A stretch of DNA of 64,000 nt, from positions 7,254,001 to 7,318,000 of the forward strand of contig JBHGNT010000014.1 of the NCBI GenBank assembly GCA_043228905.1, in the 5' to 3' direction. Origin of the DNA: Azolla caroliniana (lineage: Eukaryota; Plantae; Polypodiophyta). The position numbers and the translations under genes are program-made. The notes under the pieces were generated by a model. It was not told where the DNA came from. It saw only the letters and a program-made list of their open reading frames with translations, and searched no databases. Of this stretch, positions 1 to 11,833 are shown piece after piece. Positions within the stretch are counted from its first letter, which is position 1. Each line of letters opens with the position of its first letter.

Positions 1-936
1 CCATAAGGGAAGCCATGTATTATTCAAGCTCTTGCAGATGACCATATCATGTTTTTGGTACCTAATCACGAAAATGTTAGTAAGACAAGAGATTTGTAGA
101 AATTATGTCACATCTAGGATGTGACTCAAACCTCTTACTTATAACACACCCAATATATGGTTAATATTGTATAGCCTAGCATATAAAATATTCTAGTCTT
201 TAGTATTGTTGAGAGTCGAACTCAACTTCCCATAGAGATAGGTTTCACACTAGCTCATGGACACACCATGCTAGTTTTGTAAATAGTTGAAAGGGAACTT
301 GCCCTAGCCTAGTTGGTATTTAAATCAAGCCTTTGTAACTTAGTAGTTGTTGGAAGTATACAGTTTCTTGTTCGATCTCTCTCTCTCACACTCTCTCTCT
401 TTATCGTAATTAGCTTACCCTAGTGGTAAGTCGATAACACTACAAGCACTGTGTCTTGGGTTCGAAACCCAATTTTCTCACCTCTCTATTATATACTTCA
501 TATATATCTTTATTTCACTAGATGCCACTGTGGAATGTAGGGGTTGAACCCATGACCACCTGGTCTCCATTGGGCAACCTTACCAACTGAGTTACATCCA
601 TTTGGGCACTCTCTCTCTCTCTCTCTGCATGTCTTACGTGCACACACACAATCGTCTTCCACTGCACTAAATCTCTCTCGATTCTTTACAAGTATATTCT
701 AGAAATGTTCTATGGTATATTCTAGACAAGTATACTCTAGAGATATTTCTCGGGTATATTCTAGAGATATTTCTTAGGTATATTCTAGAGATATTCAATC
801 CCAGAACTTATATAAATATGTGTGTTCACCTAGATTATAATCAAGGTGAACAACACCAATTACAAAGTCTTTCAATTACTCAACTCATGCCTTTGATTAT
901 CTTCTACTCACTTGTGTATATTTTCTACCCGTGACA
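1..936 (+). repeat. 3' portion of an LTR (probably Tcn1/chromovirus-like), left end outside the window
   Basis: Ends in ...CCCGTGACA immediately before LINE-derived sequence resumes. TATA-like TATATAAA near 809. Tandem TATTCTAGAG-type units at about 690-795 resemble those in the chromovirus LTR at 56747-57145. Confidence 0.55.
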
Positions 937-1067
937 AATTGTTTTCAAATGCTTCAAGGTTGAGGACTAGTATGCATAAATCTGTCCTCATTTCATGTAC
1001 AAAGTAAAATGTTTTAGGGTTGGGATCGTTAGGAGAGATAGTATATCGTCATATGATTTGTCGTCAC
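937..1067 (+). pseudogene. L1-type LINE ORF2 fragment (RT C-terminal part), LINE #1 segment 1
   Basis: Translates FSNASRLRTSMHKSVL (like the F..ASGL.IN..KS motif). Joins across element A's TSD into ICRHLGYPI (the YLGxP motif). Confidence 0.6.
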
Positions 1068-1395
1068 TGTTGAGCGGCAAGCTCAACCGGAGCCGGATCG
1101 ACTGAATAAGCCGGAGCCGGTAAGCGAGACGGATCGGGCAAAACGGATTGGTATGACGGTGAGCAACCGAACCGGCAAGCAGTGGAGGCCGGGTGCAATC
1201 TGTAACCGGAAGTCCAATCGGAAGCCTAGTATAGGATAGACTACTAGGTAGCTATAGTCTCGTAGTAAGTGTCAGATGCTCGTGTGAGCATTGAAGTACA
1301 TGGTACTTCTGTCAGTCCCAAGAGGACTTGTATAAATAGTGCTACTTAGCACAGTGTGTGTACAGAGTCTTGATATAATTTTGAAATTGTGTTCT

Positions 1396-1441
<46 letters not shown>

Positions 1442-1480
1442 GTTCTCTGTTTTACACTTCCGCAAACACTTACGTTTACA
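1068..1480 (+). repeat. 5' LTR of Copia A
   Basis: Near-identical to 6618-7024 (about 7 substitutions by eye plus (CT)n length difference). TATAAAT near 1331. Confidence 0.97.
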
Positions 1481-1492
1481 TGGTATCAGAGC
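1481..1492 (+). promoter_or_regulatory. PBS of A (initiator tRNA-Met)
   Basis: TGGTATCAGAGC directly after the LTR, the canonical plant tRNA-iMet PBS. Confidence 0.95.
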
Positions 1493-1574
1493 GCGAGGGT
1501 TGAGAACCTCTGCTGCAGACATTTACTCTTGAGAAGAAAACCCTAACAGGTCGAAAACAGACACAGTAGAAGAC

Positions 1575-4500
1575 ATGGATAGAGGCATGGCTACGTCGCT
1601 CCTGGTGGAGAAGCTCGATAGGAGCAACTACGCATCCTGGTCTTACAAGATGCACCAGTACCTGCTTGGACACGGGTACTGGAGTTATGTCGAAGGAGCG
1701 AATGATGCGGCTCCCGACTCGGCACACAAGGACTTCCCGGTATGGGAACAGGCGGCAAGTAGGGTGATGTACTGCTTCGTGTCCAGTGTCGGCGATCAGC
1801 TGCTCAGCCACATCCGTGACGCCAAGACACCGAAGGATGCTTGGGGGAACCTGAAAAAGGTTTTCGCTGCAAGCACCACTGCCCGGAAGCTGCAACTTAG
1901 ACAAGAGTTGAGCAATGTTCGACAGAAGAACATGTCTGTGGCAGACTACACGGGCCGGATAAAGGAGATCTGCGACTCGCTCGCCTCTATCAATGTTACC
2001 GTAGAGGAAGACGAGATGGTGCAGGTATGTCTCGGAGGCCTGGCGTCCAAGTTCGGAGTGTTCCGGACTGCAGTGTGTACAAGGGAGAATACCCCCTCAT
2101 TCTTCGACTTACAGTCGATGCTCCTTGTAGAGGAGAACCACGCCGGTGCATCTACCAGTGCATCCCCGGACAGCCGAATGTTGTACACGGGAACAGATCG
2201 ATTCCGTGGGTGTGGTGGAAGAGGTGGGTCGGCACGCAATGGAGGCGATCGGCAAGAGCAAGAACGGAGGCACTATGAACGTGCCGACAGCAGTTCCGGG
2301 ACTTCCACAAGCAGGGGGAGTCAAGGCGGTGCCGGAGGCCAGCAAGACAAATCCGCTACGGAATGCTGGTACTGTGGCAAAAAAGGCCACAGGGAAAGCG
2401 AGTGCTGGAGAAAGCGTGCCGATTCGGACAAATCCGGATCCGGCAAGACCAGTAAGGATGGCCGACAAAACTCACACTACGCAAACGGATCAAGAGGATC
2501 CGGAACCGGAAAGGCCGGTAAGGGGCCAACCTTGGTGATGAATCACAAGGCAAACTCAATGAAGAAGACCACTTCCAAAACGGAGGAAGTGTGGTATGTT
2601 GATTCCGGCGCGTCGAACCACATGACGAGCCACAAAGAGTGGTTCTCCTTTCTGGAGAAACTGGATCAACTAGGAGTAGTCGAAACCGGAGACGACACTC
2701 CTCACCCAATCGTGCACGTCGGAGAAGTCCCTCTAAGCCACGTCGGACAGAAAGGGAAGCTGATGAACGTATTACACGTTCCGACAATCACGAAAAACCT
2801 GGTGTCCGTCGATCAGATTGTCGACCAGGGGATGCAGGTGCGGTTTACGCACCTCGGGTGCTTCATTGAGGATGAGGGCGAAGTCATTGCGCAAGGGCAC
2901 AGAGACGGGAGGATGTTTATCCTCAACACCAATGACTTTGGCACCGCACTGTTCGCAAAACGACAGAAGGTCAAGTCGGACATCGACCTGTGGCACAAGC
3001 GGATAGGCCACGTCAACTACCGGAGGCTTCAAGACCTGCAAACGAAACAAGTCGTTTTCGGTTTGCCGAAGTTCAGCGGCCGGAGAGCCGAAATTTGTGA
3101 AGCCTGCCAACTTGGGAAGCAACACCGGCTTCCATTCCCCACCGAACGGAACCGGAGCTGTAACAAGCTCGATCTCATCCATTCGGATGTGTGGGGACCG
3201 ACACAAAGTGTAAGCCTTGGTGGGAGCCGATACTTCGTCTCCTTCATCGACGACTATACTCGACATACTTGGATCTACCTCATTGAGCGGAAGAGCGAAG
3301 TCTGCGACTGTTTCCAGAGCCTCTAGAAGATGGTGGAACGGGAATCGGAGAGGAAGATCAAATGCCTTCGGTCGGATGGCGGAAAGGAATATTTTCCCGA
3401 CCAATTCACTAGTTATCTACAGCAGAAGGGAATTCGGCGAGAGTTCAACTGCAGATACACACCGGAGCAAAACGGTGTGGCCGAAAGGAAGAACCAGACA
3501 CTCGTCGAAGCGACAAGGGCAACGCTGGAGGAAAAGAGCATGCCCCGGTTCTACTGAGCGAAGGCGGTCCAGACGGCCGTCTACATACAAAACCGCATCG
3601 GTGACAAGGTGTCAGCTCATGAGCTGTATTTCGGGCACAAGCCGAACTTAAGACACCTTCGGATATTCGGCAGCATAACGTATGTGCATGTGCCGGATCA
3701 GAAGCGAAGAAAGCTGGATGCAGAATCGGAAAAATGCATCCTAGTCGGTTATGCTCAAGAGCAAAAGGGGTATAAGTGCTATAACCCCCGGACGAAGGAA
3801 GTCCGAGTTAGCCGGGATGTCGAGTTCGACGAATCGGCATCCTGGTACTCCGTACCGACTCCGACTTCCGATCCCGACCCAATGCCGGAAGATCAGGCCA
3901 GTGAGCCTGAATCAGCCCTGGCAGAGGATGATGAAGCCGGGACTCAAGCTGAGGGTCCGGAATCGTTACGGTTGAGTGGACCGAACGAGCGACTGAGTCG
4001 GTTGGACCAGTCAGATGAAGAGACGGCAAGTGGTAGAGACTCTGCCATGCTCTCCCCACGCAAGGAACCAAGGAAACGGTTCACGCGCAAAGAGAAGGGG
4101 AAGAGGAAGATGTCGGAATTCAAAATCGGCAACGAAGAGTCGGATCGGTGCGTATCCGACTCCGGAAAGGAGAAAGGCGGATCTTCGGCAACGAAGACCG
4201 AACTGGCCAAGAAGGGCCTCAAATCAGGTGACGGTGCGTTGCGCCGATCAACTCGCCAGAAGGATCCCGTCATGTGGTACGGGTACAATGACTACATGGC
4301 GCATCATTATGCGTACATGACTAAGGTGACAGAAGTGCGTGAGCCGGAGAGCTACGTAGAAGCGGCAAAGGACGCAAATTGGTGTGCCGCTATGGACGAA
4401 GAAATGCGGGCACTCGATGCCAACGAAACTTGGGACCTAGTTGATCCTCCCCGTCACTGTAAACTGATCGAATGCAAGTGGGTGTACAAGGTCAAGTACA

Positions 4501-6623
4501 ACGCCGACGGTTATGTTAACCGGTACAAAGCCCGGTTAGTGGCGAAGGGATTCGCGCAGACCCACAGAATCGACTACGACTACGACGAGACCTTCGCTCC
4601 TGTGGCGAAGATGACGACAGTTCGTGTGGTACTAGCGGTTGCTGCGGCAAGGCGGTGGCATCTTCACCAGATGGATGTGAAGAATGCCTTCCTTCAAGGA
4701 GAGCTTGAAGAAGAAGTCTTTATGACTTAGCCCCCCGGATTTCAATCGGAAATGAACAAGTCGGCGGTATGCCGACTGAAGAAGTCGCTTTACGGCTTGA
4801 AGCAAGCCCCCCGAGCTTGGAACGCGAAGATCACGCACCGGTTGCGTAAGCTGGGGTTTGCTGTCTCTAAGTCGGACTCTTCGTTGTTCATCCGGCAAGG
4901 CTCTGACGGTCTGATATGTATACTCTTGTATGTGGATGATTTAGTCATCACCGGACCGGGTCTTCCCGAAATCAACCGCGTCAAGTCCCAGTTGTCGGAC
5001 ACATTCGAAATGAAGGACCTGGGGGACCTCCATTATTTTCTTGGGATCGAAGTGATCCGGACCCCCGACGGCATATTGCTCTCACAACGACATTACGTGT
5101 TGAATATGTTGTATAAGTTCGGCATGACGAATTGCCGACCTGTCTCCACACCCCTGGACCGGAACCAGAAGCTCCGTCCCAACTCCGGACTGGCCTGCAA
5201 TGAGAAACGGTTCCGACAGGTTGTCGGAAGCCTGATATACTTAACCATCACCCGACCTGACATCAGCTATCCGGTCGGCGTGGTAAGTCAGTTCATGCAG
5301 AAGCCGACCCTGGAGCACCTTCAGTGCGCGCAATGAATATTACGGTATGTGAATGGCACTAAGGACCGGGGACTGCTGTACCGGCAAGGTATACCCGAAG
5401 AGCTTGTCAGTTACACGGATGCTGACTGGGTTGGCGATGCATCTGATCGCCGCTCCACTTCCGGATACATGTTCTCCATAGGTAGCGCGGCCGTTGCGTG
5501 GAGCAGCAAGAAGCAGCCCACAGTGGCTTTGTCAAGCACTGAGGCTGAGTACCGGGCCGCTACCGTTGCCACTTGTGAAGCCATCTGGCTTCGGCGACTG
5601 CTGCGAGACTTGTGGATCGAGGTACCGACCCCGATCCCGATTTACTACGATAACATGAGCAGCCTACAGCTCGCCAGGAACCCTGTGTTCCATGCTCGCA
5701 CAAAGCACATCGAGGTGCACTACCACTTCGTGCGTGAGCGGGTCCTGAGCGGTGAAGTTGACCTACGGTATGTTCATACGGATCGGCAAGTTTCCGACAT
5801 CTTCACCAAGCCGCTCAGATCGGACAAGTTGCAGCACTTTACCGACATGCTTGGTATTCAGCATCTCGACGTGCCGCACTTGAGGGGGAGAAGCAAGGGC
5901 AAAGTCTCTATCGAAACGGGCAAAGGCAAAAAAACTGTTGAACCCGTCGGTAAGAGGAGAGCCGGAAGAAGAGGAGACAAGAAGATGAAGGAAGCCGAGT
6001 CGACGAAGGAAGTCGACACATCCGAACAGGTCGGAGCAAGCGGCTGTGAAGAAGAGTTGTGCACTCAGGAAGAGAAGTGCATGCTGTGCGGAGGTCATCA
6101 CGACGGTACTAACCATGATGCGGAGTCGAATGAAGAATTCGATTTCGGTTCACCGGCTGAAGAAGCTGAGGGAAGCATGGAGAAGGCCAAGACTCGGAAG
6201 TGGTCCGATGTGGTGAGAGGCCTGAAGCCAGAAGTCGAATCGGAGTGTACCGATTCGGACAAGAGCTGGAACGAGTCAGAGACAACTGACTCGGATCAAC
6301 AGATGGATTCGGATGAGTCGGATCGACTGAAGGCCATGGGGACACGGACACAGGGGAAGTCGATGCCATCGTGGGAGAACCGACGGATCGGCAAGCGCCG
6401 GAGTCACAACAACGTGAGTGCTGAGATGGGCCTATTGAGCAGACATGCCGACCGAGAGGGTCGAGGCGCGCAGAACCAAAGGGGTCGCGGCAAACAAGAC
6501 CGGACCGGACGAGGAGCGCGAGCAAGGCGGAGTGACGCCAGGAGAAGTCGGTTGGAAGAACCGACTGCCACAGAGGTCGACACTACGACCCCACCTCAGG
6601 TTGAGCTTGAGGGGGAGTGTTGA
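1575..6623 (+). pseudogene. gag-pol: Copia gag-pol polyprotein of A, single frame with 4 premature stops and a long C-terminal extension
   Basis: ORFs starting 1575, 3330, 3609, 4752 and 5349 are all in one frame. Motifs: CWYCGKKGHRESEC knuckle, VDSGASNHM protease, HKRIGH..CEAC and LRSDGGKEY integrase, YVDD RT, YTDADW..TEAEY RNase H. Confidence 0.95.
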
Positions 6624-6945
6624 GCGGCAAGCTCAACCGGAGCCGGATCGACTGAATAAGCCGGAGCAGGTAAGCGAGACGGATTGGGCGAAACGGATCG
6701 GTATGACGGTGAGCAACCGAACCGGCAAGCAGTGGAGGCCGGGTGCAATCTGTAACCGGAAGTCCAATCGGAAGCCTAGTATAGGATAGACTACTAGGTA
6801 GCTATAGTCTCGTAGTAAGTGTCAGATGCTCGTGTGAGCATTAAAGTACATGGTACTTCTGTCAGTCCCAAGAGGACTTGTATAAATAGTGCTACTTAGC
6901 ACAGTGTGTGTACAGAGTCTTGATATAATTTTGAAATTGTTTTCT

Positions 6946-6984
<39 letters not shown>

Positions 6985-7024
6985 TGTTCTCTGTTTTACG
7001 CTTCCGCAAACACTTACGTTTACA
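6618..7024 (+). repeat. 3' LTR of Copia A
   Basis: Copy of 1068-1480, preceded by PPT GAGGGGGAG (6609-6617). Confidence 0.97.
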
Positions 7025-7029
7025 GTCAC

Positions 7030-8204
7030 CTTGGGTATCCAATTAAGGTGGACGTTTCTCATGTGAAATTTATTGAGTGGGTAGATTCTAAAAAACTAGA
7101 GGATAAGTTTATGTATTGGAGGTCTTAATTCTAACCTTTTCATGTACGGCTTAAGGTGGTCCAATCTATTTTGGTCTCTATGGTGACTTATCATCTTCCT
7201 TTGTTACCATGGTCAAAGTAAGCACTTAAAATTGTGTCACACTCAATGTAAATGTTGTTATGGAAGAGAAAAGAGAAAAGTGTCATGTCATGGTTGTCAT
7301 GGGATCATGTTTGTACTCCAAAACGTCTAGATGGGACATCAATGTTGAATTTATATGAGCATAGGATGACTCGTTGATTTACTTTCATTCAATTTATGTT
7401 TGAGGGTGTACAACCTTGGACAAAAATGGTGGCATACTTCATAAAGAATACATGAATTAATTAATCTTGGAAACACGACGATTGATGCTAATTAGTGGAA
7501 TATCGGTAATTCTAAAAGGGATGTCAAATGTGCAGGGTCTCACATAGTTAATGATTTGTTGACATTTTGGCAGAGTATGTTGGATTTTGTGCAATGGTAT
7601 CCTCGATGAGAAAGGAAATGTGTCAATTCATTATAAATGGAGGTTTTGGTGATATCAAGGTTATCGAGGTGGGAAGGTAAACATTTTCTTAACCTTCAAT
7701 TTACTCGGATGACTAGGTTGGGTTTGTTAATAGTCAAGGATGCTATGTTTGGTGTCACAAAGAATATTAATGGCTTCTCAAATAGCAAGATCAACATTTC
7801 ATATTCCAAGAGATTATACCTTTATTTGGGATAAGTTCAAAGGATTATTGTAATTGTATGAGCCAATTCCTAATTTAGATGGGGGATCTCAAGAGCTGAA
7901 TTGGACATTTGTTGGAAATAGGAGGTTGACTATGATCTCAATAAATTATGTTTATCAAATTTTGATTGACAAACATAAGTGGATGGAAGAAATGGTTGTA
8001 AATATATGGGGTTTTCATAAGCCCATTACCTAGTCGTTTCATGTGATCAAGGCAAGTTGGTGTTCTCAATTGATGCTACGAGCTAAGGTATTGATTTATA
8101 GAGTTATAGTTGGAGCTTTACCATCGGGGGATGCATTCAACAAAAGAAACATTGTTAGAGGAATGTGTTTCTTTTGTTCAGTGGAATTGGAACATATTAT
8201 TAAC
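7030..8204 (+). pseudogene. L1-type LINE ORF2 fragment (post-RT region and zf-RVT), LINE #1 segment 2
   Basis: Degenerate frames ending RAKVLIYRVIVGALPSGDAFNKRNIVRGMCFFCSVELEH, homologous to 46392-46775 of LINE #2. Continues as KHRFLSC after 41827. Confidence 0.8.
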
Positions 8205-8664
8205 TGTAAAGAATCAATGGTGATTCTTGTGTAGTGGAAGAGATGTGTGTTATGTGTATGTGTGAGAGGAAAGAGGAGAGGAGAGAAACACAAGATGGAT
8301 AAGAGACAAAAATGAAGTACTCAAGAAGAAGGAGATGTATATTAACAAGGAGAATATGATAAATGAAAATGTAGCATTACAAGGAGTCACAACCGACTTA
8401 GTATGAAGTGTGAGGAGGGTGCTTTATATATAGTCACCCTCTCTCTTCATTAACTAACTACAACCACCACTCTCTCTCTTGGGGAATGTGAAGACTCATA
8501 GTCATGGGGAATATGTAACTCATTAGTTATGTGCCATAGAATATGATTCTATGACACATAGTTAATGTTTAGAGAGTAGTGGTGTGACTCTTGACCTTAG
8601 AGTAATCATGGATTCTCAAAAGGTGTGTTCACACGTTGCACTATGTTGAGCTTGATTCTCAACA
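8205..8664 (-). repeat. 3' LTR of Copia B
   Basis: About 10 differences from 41369-41827 by eye. PPT (TGAGGGGGCA on the minus strand) adjoins at 8665. Confidence 0.95.
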
Positions 8665-8677
8665 TGCCCCCTCAAGC

Positions 8678-8946
8678 TCAACTCAGGTTGGTTCCTTTCG
8701 ATTGATGTTTGCTTCGGTTGGTATCCAGTTTGGACGATCTCCGGTGTCCGCTTCGACTCGTACCCGGTTCAAACGGTATTCGATTCTCGCTTGTACTCCC
8801 CCTCAAGCTTGGCAAGTCAGGGATCGTCAATCCAAGGTCTGACATGAATTGTTGAAGCATGTCAGCTCCTAAGGCTTTGGTGAAGATGTCGGCCGTCTGA
8901 AGATTCGTGTTGATGTGTTGAAGGTCGACATCTTCGGCCTGTACGT
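8678..8946 (-). pseudogene. pol: Copia B pol: RNase H C-terminus and short extension
   Basis: VQAEDVDLQHINTNLQTADIFTKALG..LPSLRGS on the minus strand. Confidence 0.85.
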
Positions 8947-9712
8947 TGTCGCGTTGTTACGCGCGTGCGTGGAGAAAGGCAGGACCACGGGGGTCTTGGA
9001 CTAGGGAGCGACGGAGCGTAGGAAGTCGCACATCACCGTTTTCTGGGGCACCCCTGAAACGCACTGGAAGCAGCCGAAGAGAGATAGGGAGTGAGAGAGC
9101 GTGCTTGACACCGACTCACACGCGCACACACGCACACGCACACACGCACACACACACGCCCTCTTGTACAGGAAACGCAGGGAAGGAGGGGAGCACCCGA
9201 CACCAACAAGACGCCAATATACACAGACAGACGCAAACGTATATGTATATATATATAAGAAGAATACACTCCCGGCTTCGAGCCGGACTAGGATAGTTTA
9301 CAACAGTCGTCTGCTGTCAAGCCGCCGTTGGGGAGCTCTCGGGCTCGTCGCACCGAGGGGGGTCTTGCACAGGAGATAAGTTGCAGCCAACCCTAAACGA
9401 ACACGAAGGGGAAGAAGAAGAAGTAGAAGAAACCTAACCCTAAACCTACCGGTATACCCTCTAATCCAAAATGGGCAACCCTTTTACAAAGGGCGTTCCC
9501 TCCCTTTTATAGAACAAGGAGAGGGATGCGTTACAATGTGGGAAAAATCCCGACTTTCATGGGATCGTCTGTCCCGACTTGACTACTCTTCGGCGCCATA
9601 AAGGCGCCCTCGATATTCACACCAAATGTACATGGGTACGTATACACGCTGCACCCCGCCGATGTAGACAATGTTCCCTGGTTTTCGCCTATGGCCGAAA
9701 TTCTTCACGACA
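8947..9712 (-). repeat. 3' LTR of element C
   Basis: Highly similar to 13056-13815. TGTCG...CGACA termini. Contains (CA)n and (TA)n tracts. Confidence 0.95.
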
Positions 9713-10759
9713 TCCGCCCCCACCTAACTGCACGTCCACCGGTACGTGCCAATCTGGTTGAAGGGTGAGAGATTTCGGCCGGTGTGAAACCGGCCTCCCG
9801 TGATCCGCATCTCGGCTCGCTGCCGGTTTGATCCGGCGGCTTCGAGTCTTCCTTCGCGCTCGCCTCCCCGTAGGCTCGTTCGACCCGTCGATGGGTCCTC
9901 TGCCGCGATCTTCGTAGCACGCGTTCTTCCGTTGGCCCTTGTTCGGCCGTATGAACGCCCCGCTTCCCGCCGTATGCCCGATGTCCTCCGCTAGAGGAAT
10001 GCCCGTGGCAGCCCGCTTGGCCTCCGTTGTCGAATCGTGATGTCCCGATGGTGTTTCGTGTCGCCTTCGTCATTCCGCCGCCACCTTCCTTCTCCATGGT
10101 CTTACATCGCCGCGTCGGCTCGAACCGCCATGGTCTCCGGAACGGTGTGGAAGATCCCTTTCCGGCCTTCTTCGTGCTCGCCTTTCCGCTCCGGCACCTC
10201 CGTGTGTCACCTACCCTCGTCTGTTGTTTGGTACTGCCCGTGTTGCACTCCTCGTCAGCCCCTTTCCGGCCTGATCGTGCATCACTGTTCACCCGCATAT
10301 CGGTGTCCTTTGCATCCGAGGAACACCCCGTAGTAGCCCGCTTGGCCCTTCCCGTCGTCGTGCTGCTGAAACAGGTCCTGGGTCTTTCGCTTGTCGTCGT
10401 CCCCTCGCCCCCACCAGCTTGTCACCCCGGCTTGCCGTGTCAGTCTTTGTTACTTCGACGGAGTTACCGAGATCTACGAAGCGAGTGTGGAAGATCCTCC
10501 TCCGGCATCTCTTGTCGTCCTGGTTCCGACCCTGTGCAATCCACTAGGCACTTGTCCCTTCGTTCTCGGCACCTCCCTTGTGTCTTCTTCCGCTTCCTTC
10601 ATTCGGCCTCGCCCGCGCCGAGCACCGTCCCGTAGTCACACTTCGATCCGACCCGTGATGGCCACTCGCGAGACTCTTGTTCTGTCCAAGGTGTGCCTTT
10701 CCAACCTGACACACCTCCCCGTGTTCACCCCTATCGGCTCCTTCCGATACCTCGCGTCA

Positions 10760-11290
10760 TCGGGTCCCGTTCCCTGCCGCCACCGTCCTTCTCCCCCGGT
10801 CTCACGTTGCCACGTTGGCCGAACTGCCGGAGTCTCCGGATTAGTGTGAGGGTCCCATAGGGCCGGACTCCGTTTCTATGCTTGCCGAAAGTCGGGTGTC
10901 TTTTGTTTGAGTCCCTCCCGGACTCTCCTCGTGTCTTCCGCGTAGTCGGGTCCCGTTTCCCGCCGCCACCTTCCTTCTCCCTCGGTCTTACGTTGCCACG
11001 TTGGCCGAACAGCCGGAGTCTCCGGATCCGGTGTGGGGATCCCGTAGGACCGGACTTCCTTACACCCATTGTCTTCGTCACCTCGCCGCCACCGTCAGTA
11101 TCTTGGTCTTACGTCGACCGCGTTGCCGACTGCCGAAGTCTCTAGAACCGGTGTGAAGGATCCTCCGTAGACCGCCCTTCCGTAGCCCTTGCCTTCGTCA
11201 CCTCGCCGCCACCGTCAGTATCTTGGTCTTACGTCGACCGCGTTGCCGACTGCCGAAGTCTCTAGAACTGGTGTGAAGGATCCTTCGTAG
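10760..11290. repeat. Internal direct repeats of element C
   Basis: Near-perfect 120-bp-period duplication (about 11069-11170 vs 11189-11290) plus a degenerate repeat of about 187-bp period (10760-10875 vs 10947-11060). Confidence 0.85.
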
Positions 11291-11833
11291 GCTTTGCTCT
11301 CTTCCTCCCTCCCGGAATGGTCATCCGGGAGTTCGCTCCGCCCGGTTCTTGCTCGGGTCCGTTCGTCCTTCCTCCGGATTGTCGAGTCCCGTTCTCCTGT
11401 CGCCACCGACTCTCTTGTCGGACTCATGCGGGCAGTCGGGCCTGCAGCCGAATCAGTGTAGGGAATCCCATAGGACCGGCTTCCATTCTCTTTCCTAATC
11501 TCGACCTTCGCCCGGTCGGTCTGTCTCTCCATTTTAAAAGAGGGCGGCTCGTCCCGCACCCTCTTCCGTATCGGCCCCTTCATGCTGAGTCCGGCCCCGA
11601 TCGAACGATCCACGACCGGATTACGCTCCACCCGTATCGGAATGCCGATCCTCTCGTGCCTTGTCCGTCCTCGGCCTCCTCACAGGCCGTTTCCCATCCA
11701 ACTTCGCTGGCATCGTGCTAGGACCCCTCGGTACCGCCATCCATCTCCTCGGTCTTAGATGGGCATACGGGCCCGAATGCCAAGTTCTCCGGAATCGGGT
11801 CCGTGGGCTTTCGTCCGCTCCTTCCCCGTATCG

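Larger units (their letters stand above)
1068..7024 (+). mobile_element. Ty1/Copia LTR retrotransposon A, full length, 5-bp TSD GTCAC
   Basis: TG...CA LTRs at 1068-1480 and 6618-7024. GTCAC at 1063-1067 and 7025-7029. PBS and PPT present. Domain order gag-PR-IN-RT-RH. Confidence 0.97.

Noticed and set aside
205-600. tRNA-like stretches (also 15470-15538) as true tRNA genes
   Set aside because: Acceptor and anticodon stems are not intact. Reported only as A/B-box modules.
3324-5336. In-frame stops in A as programmed readthrough sites
   Set aside because: They fall inside conserved domains and most are single transitions from TGG, CAG or CGA, consistent with mutational decay.
9388-9447. AACCCTAAA motifs as interstitial telomere repeats
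   Set aside because: Only isolated telo-box-like copies inside the C LTR, not an array.
11069-11290. Repeats here and at 61683-61730 as possible CRISPR arrays
   Set aside because: Tandem duplications without unique spacers, no cas genes, and eukaryotic context.
9705-11830. ORFs in the interior of element C as captured genes
   Set aside because: Low-complexity, internally repeated sequence with no recognisable domain on either strand.
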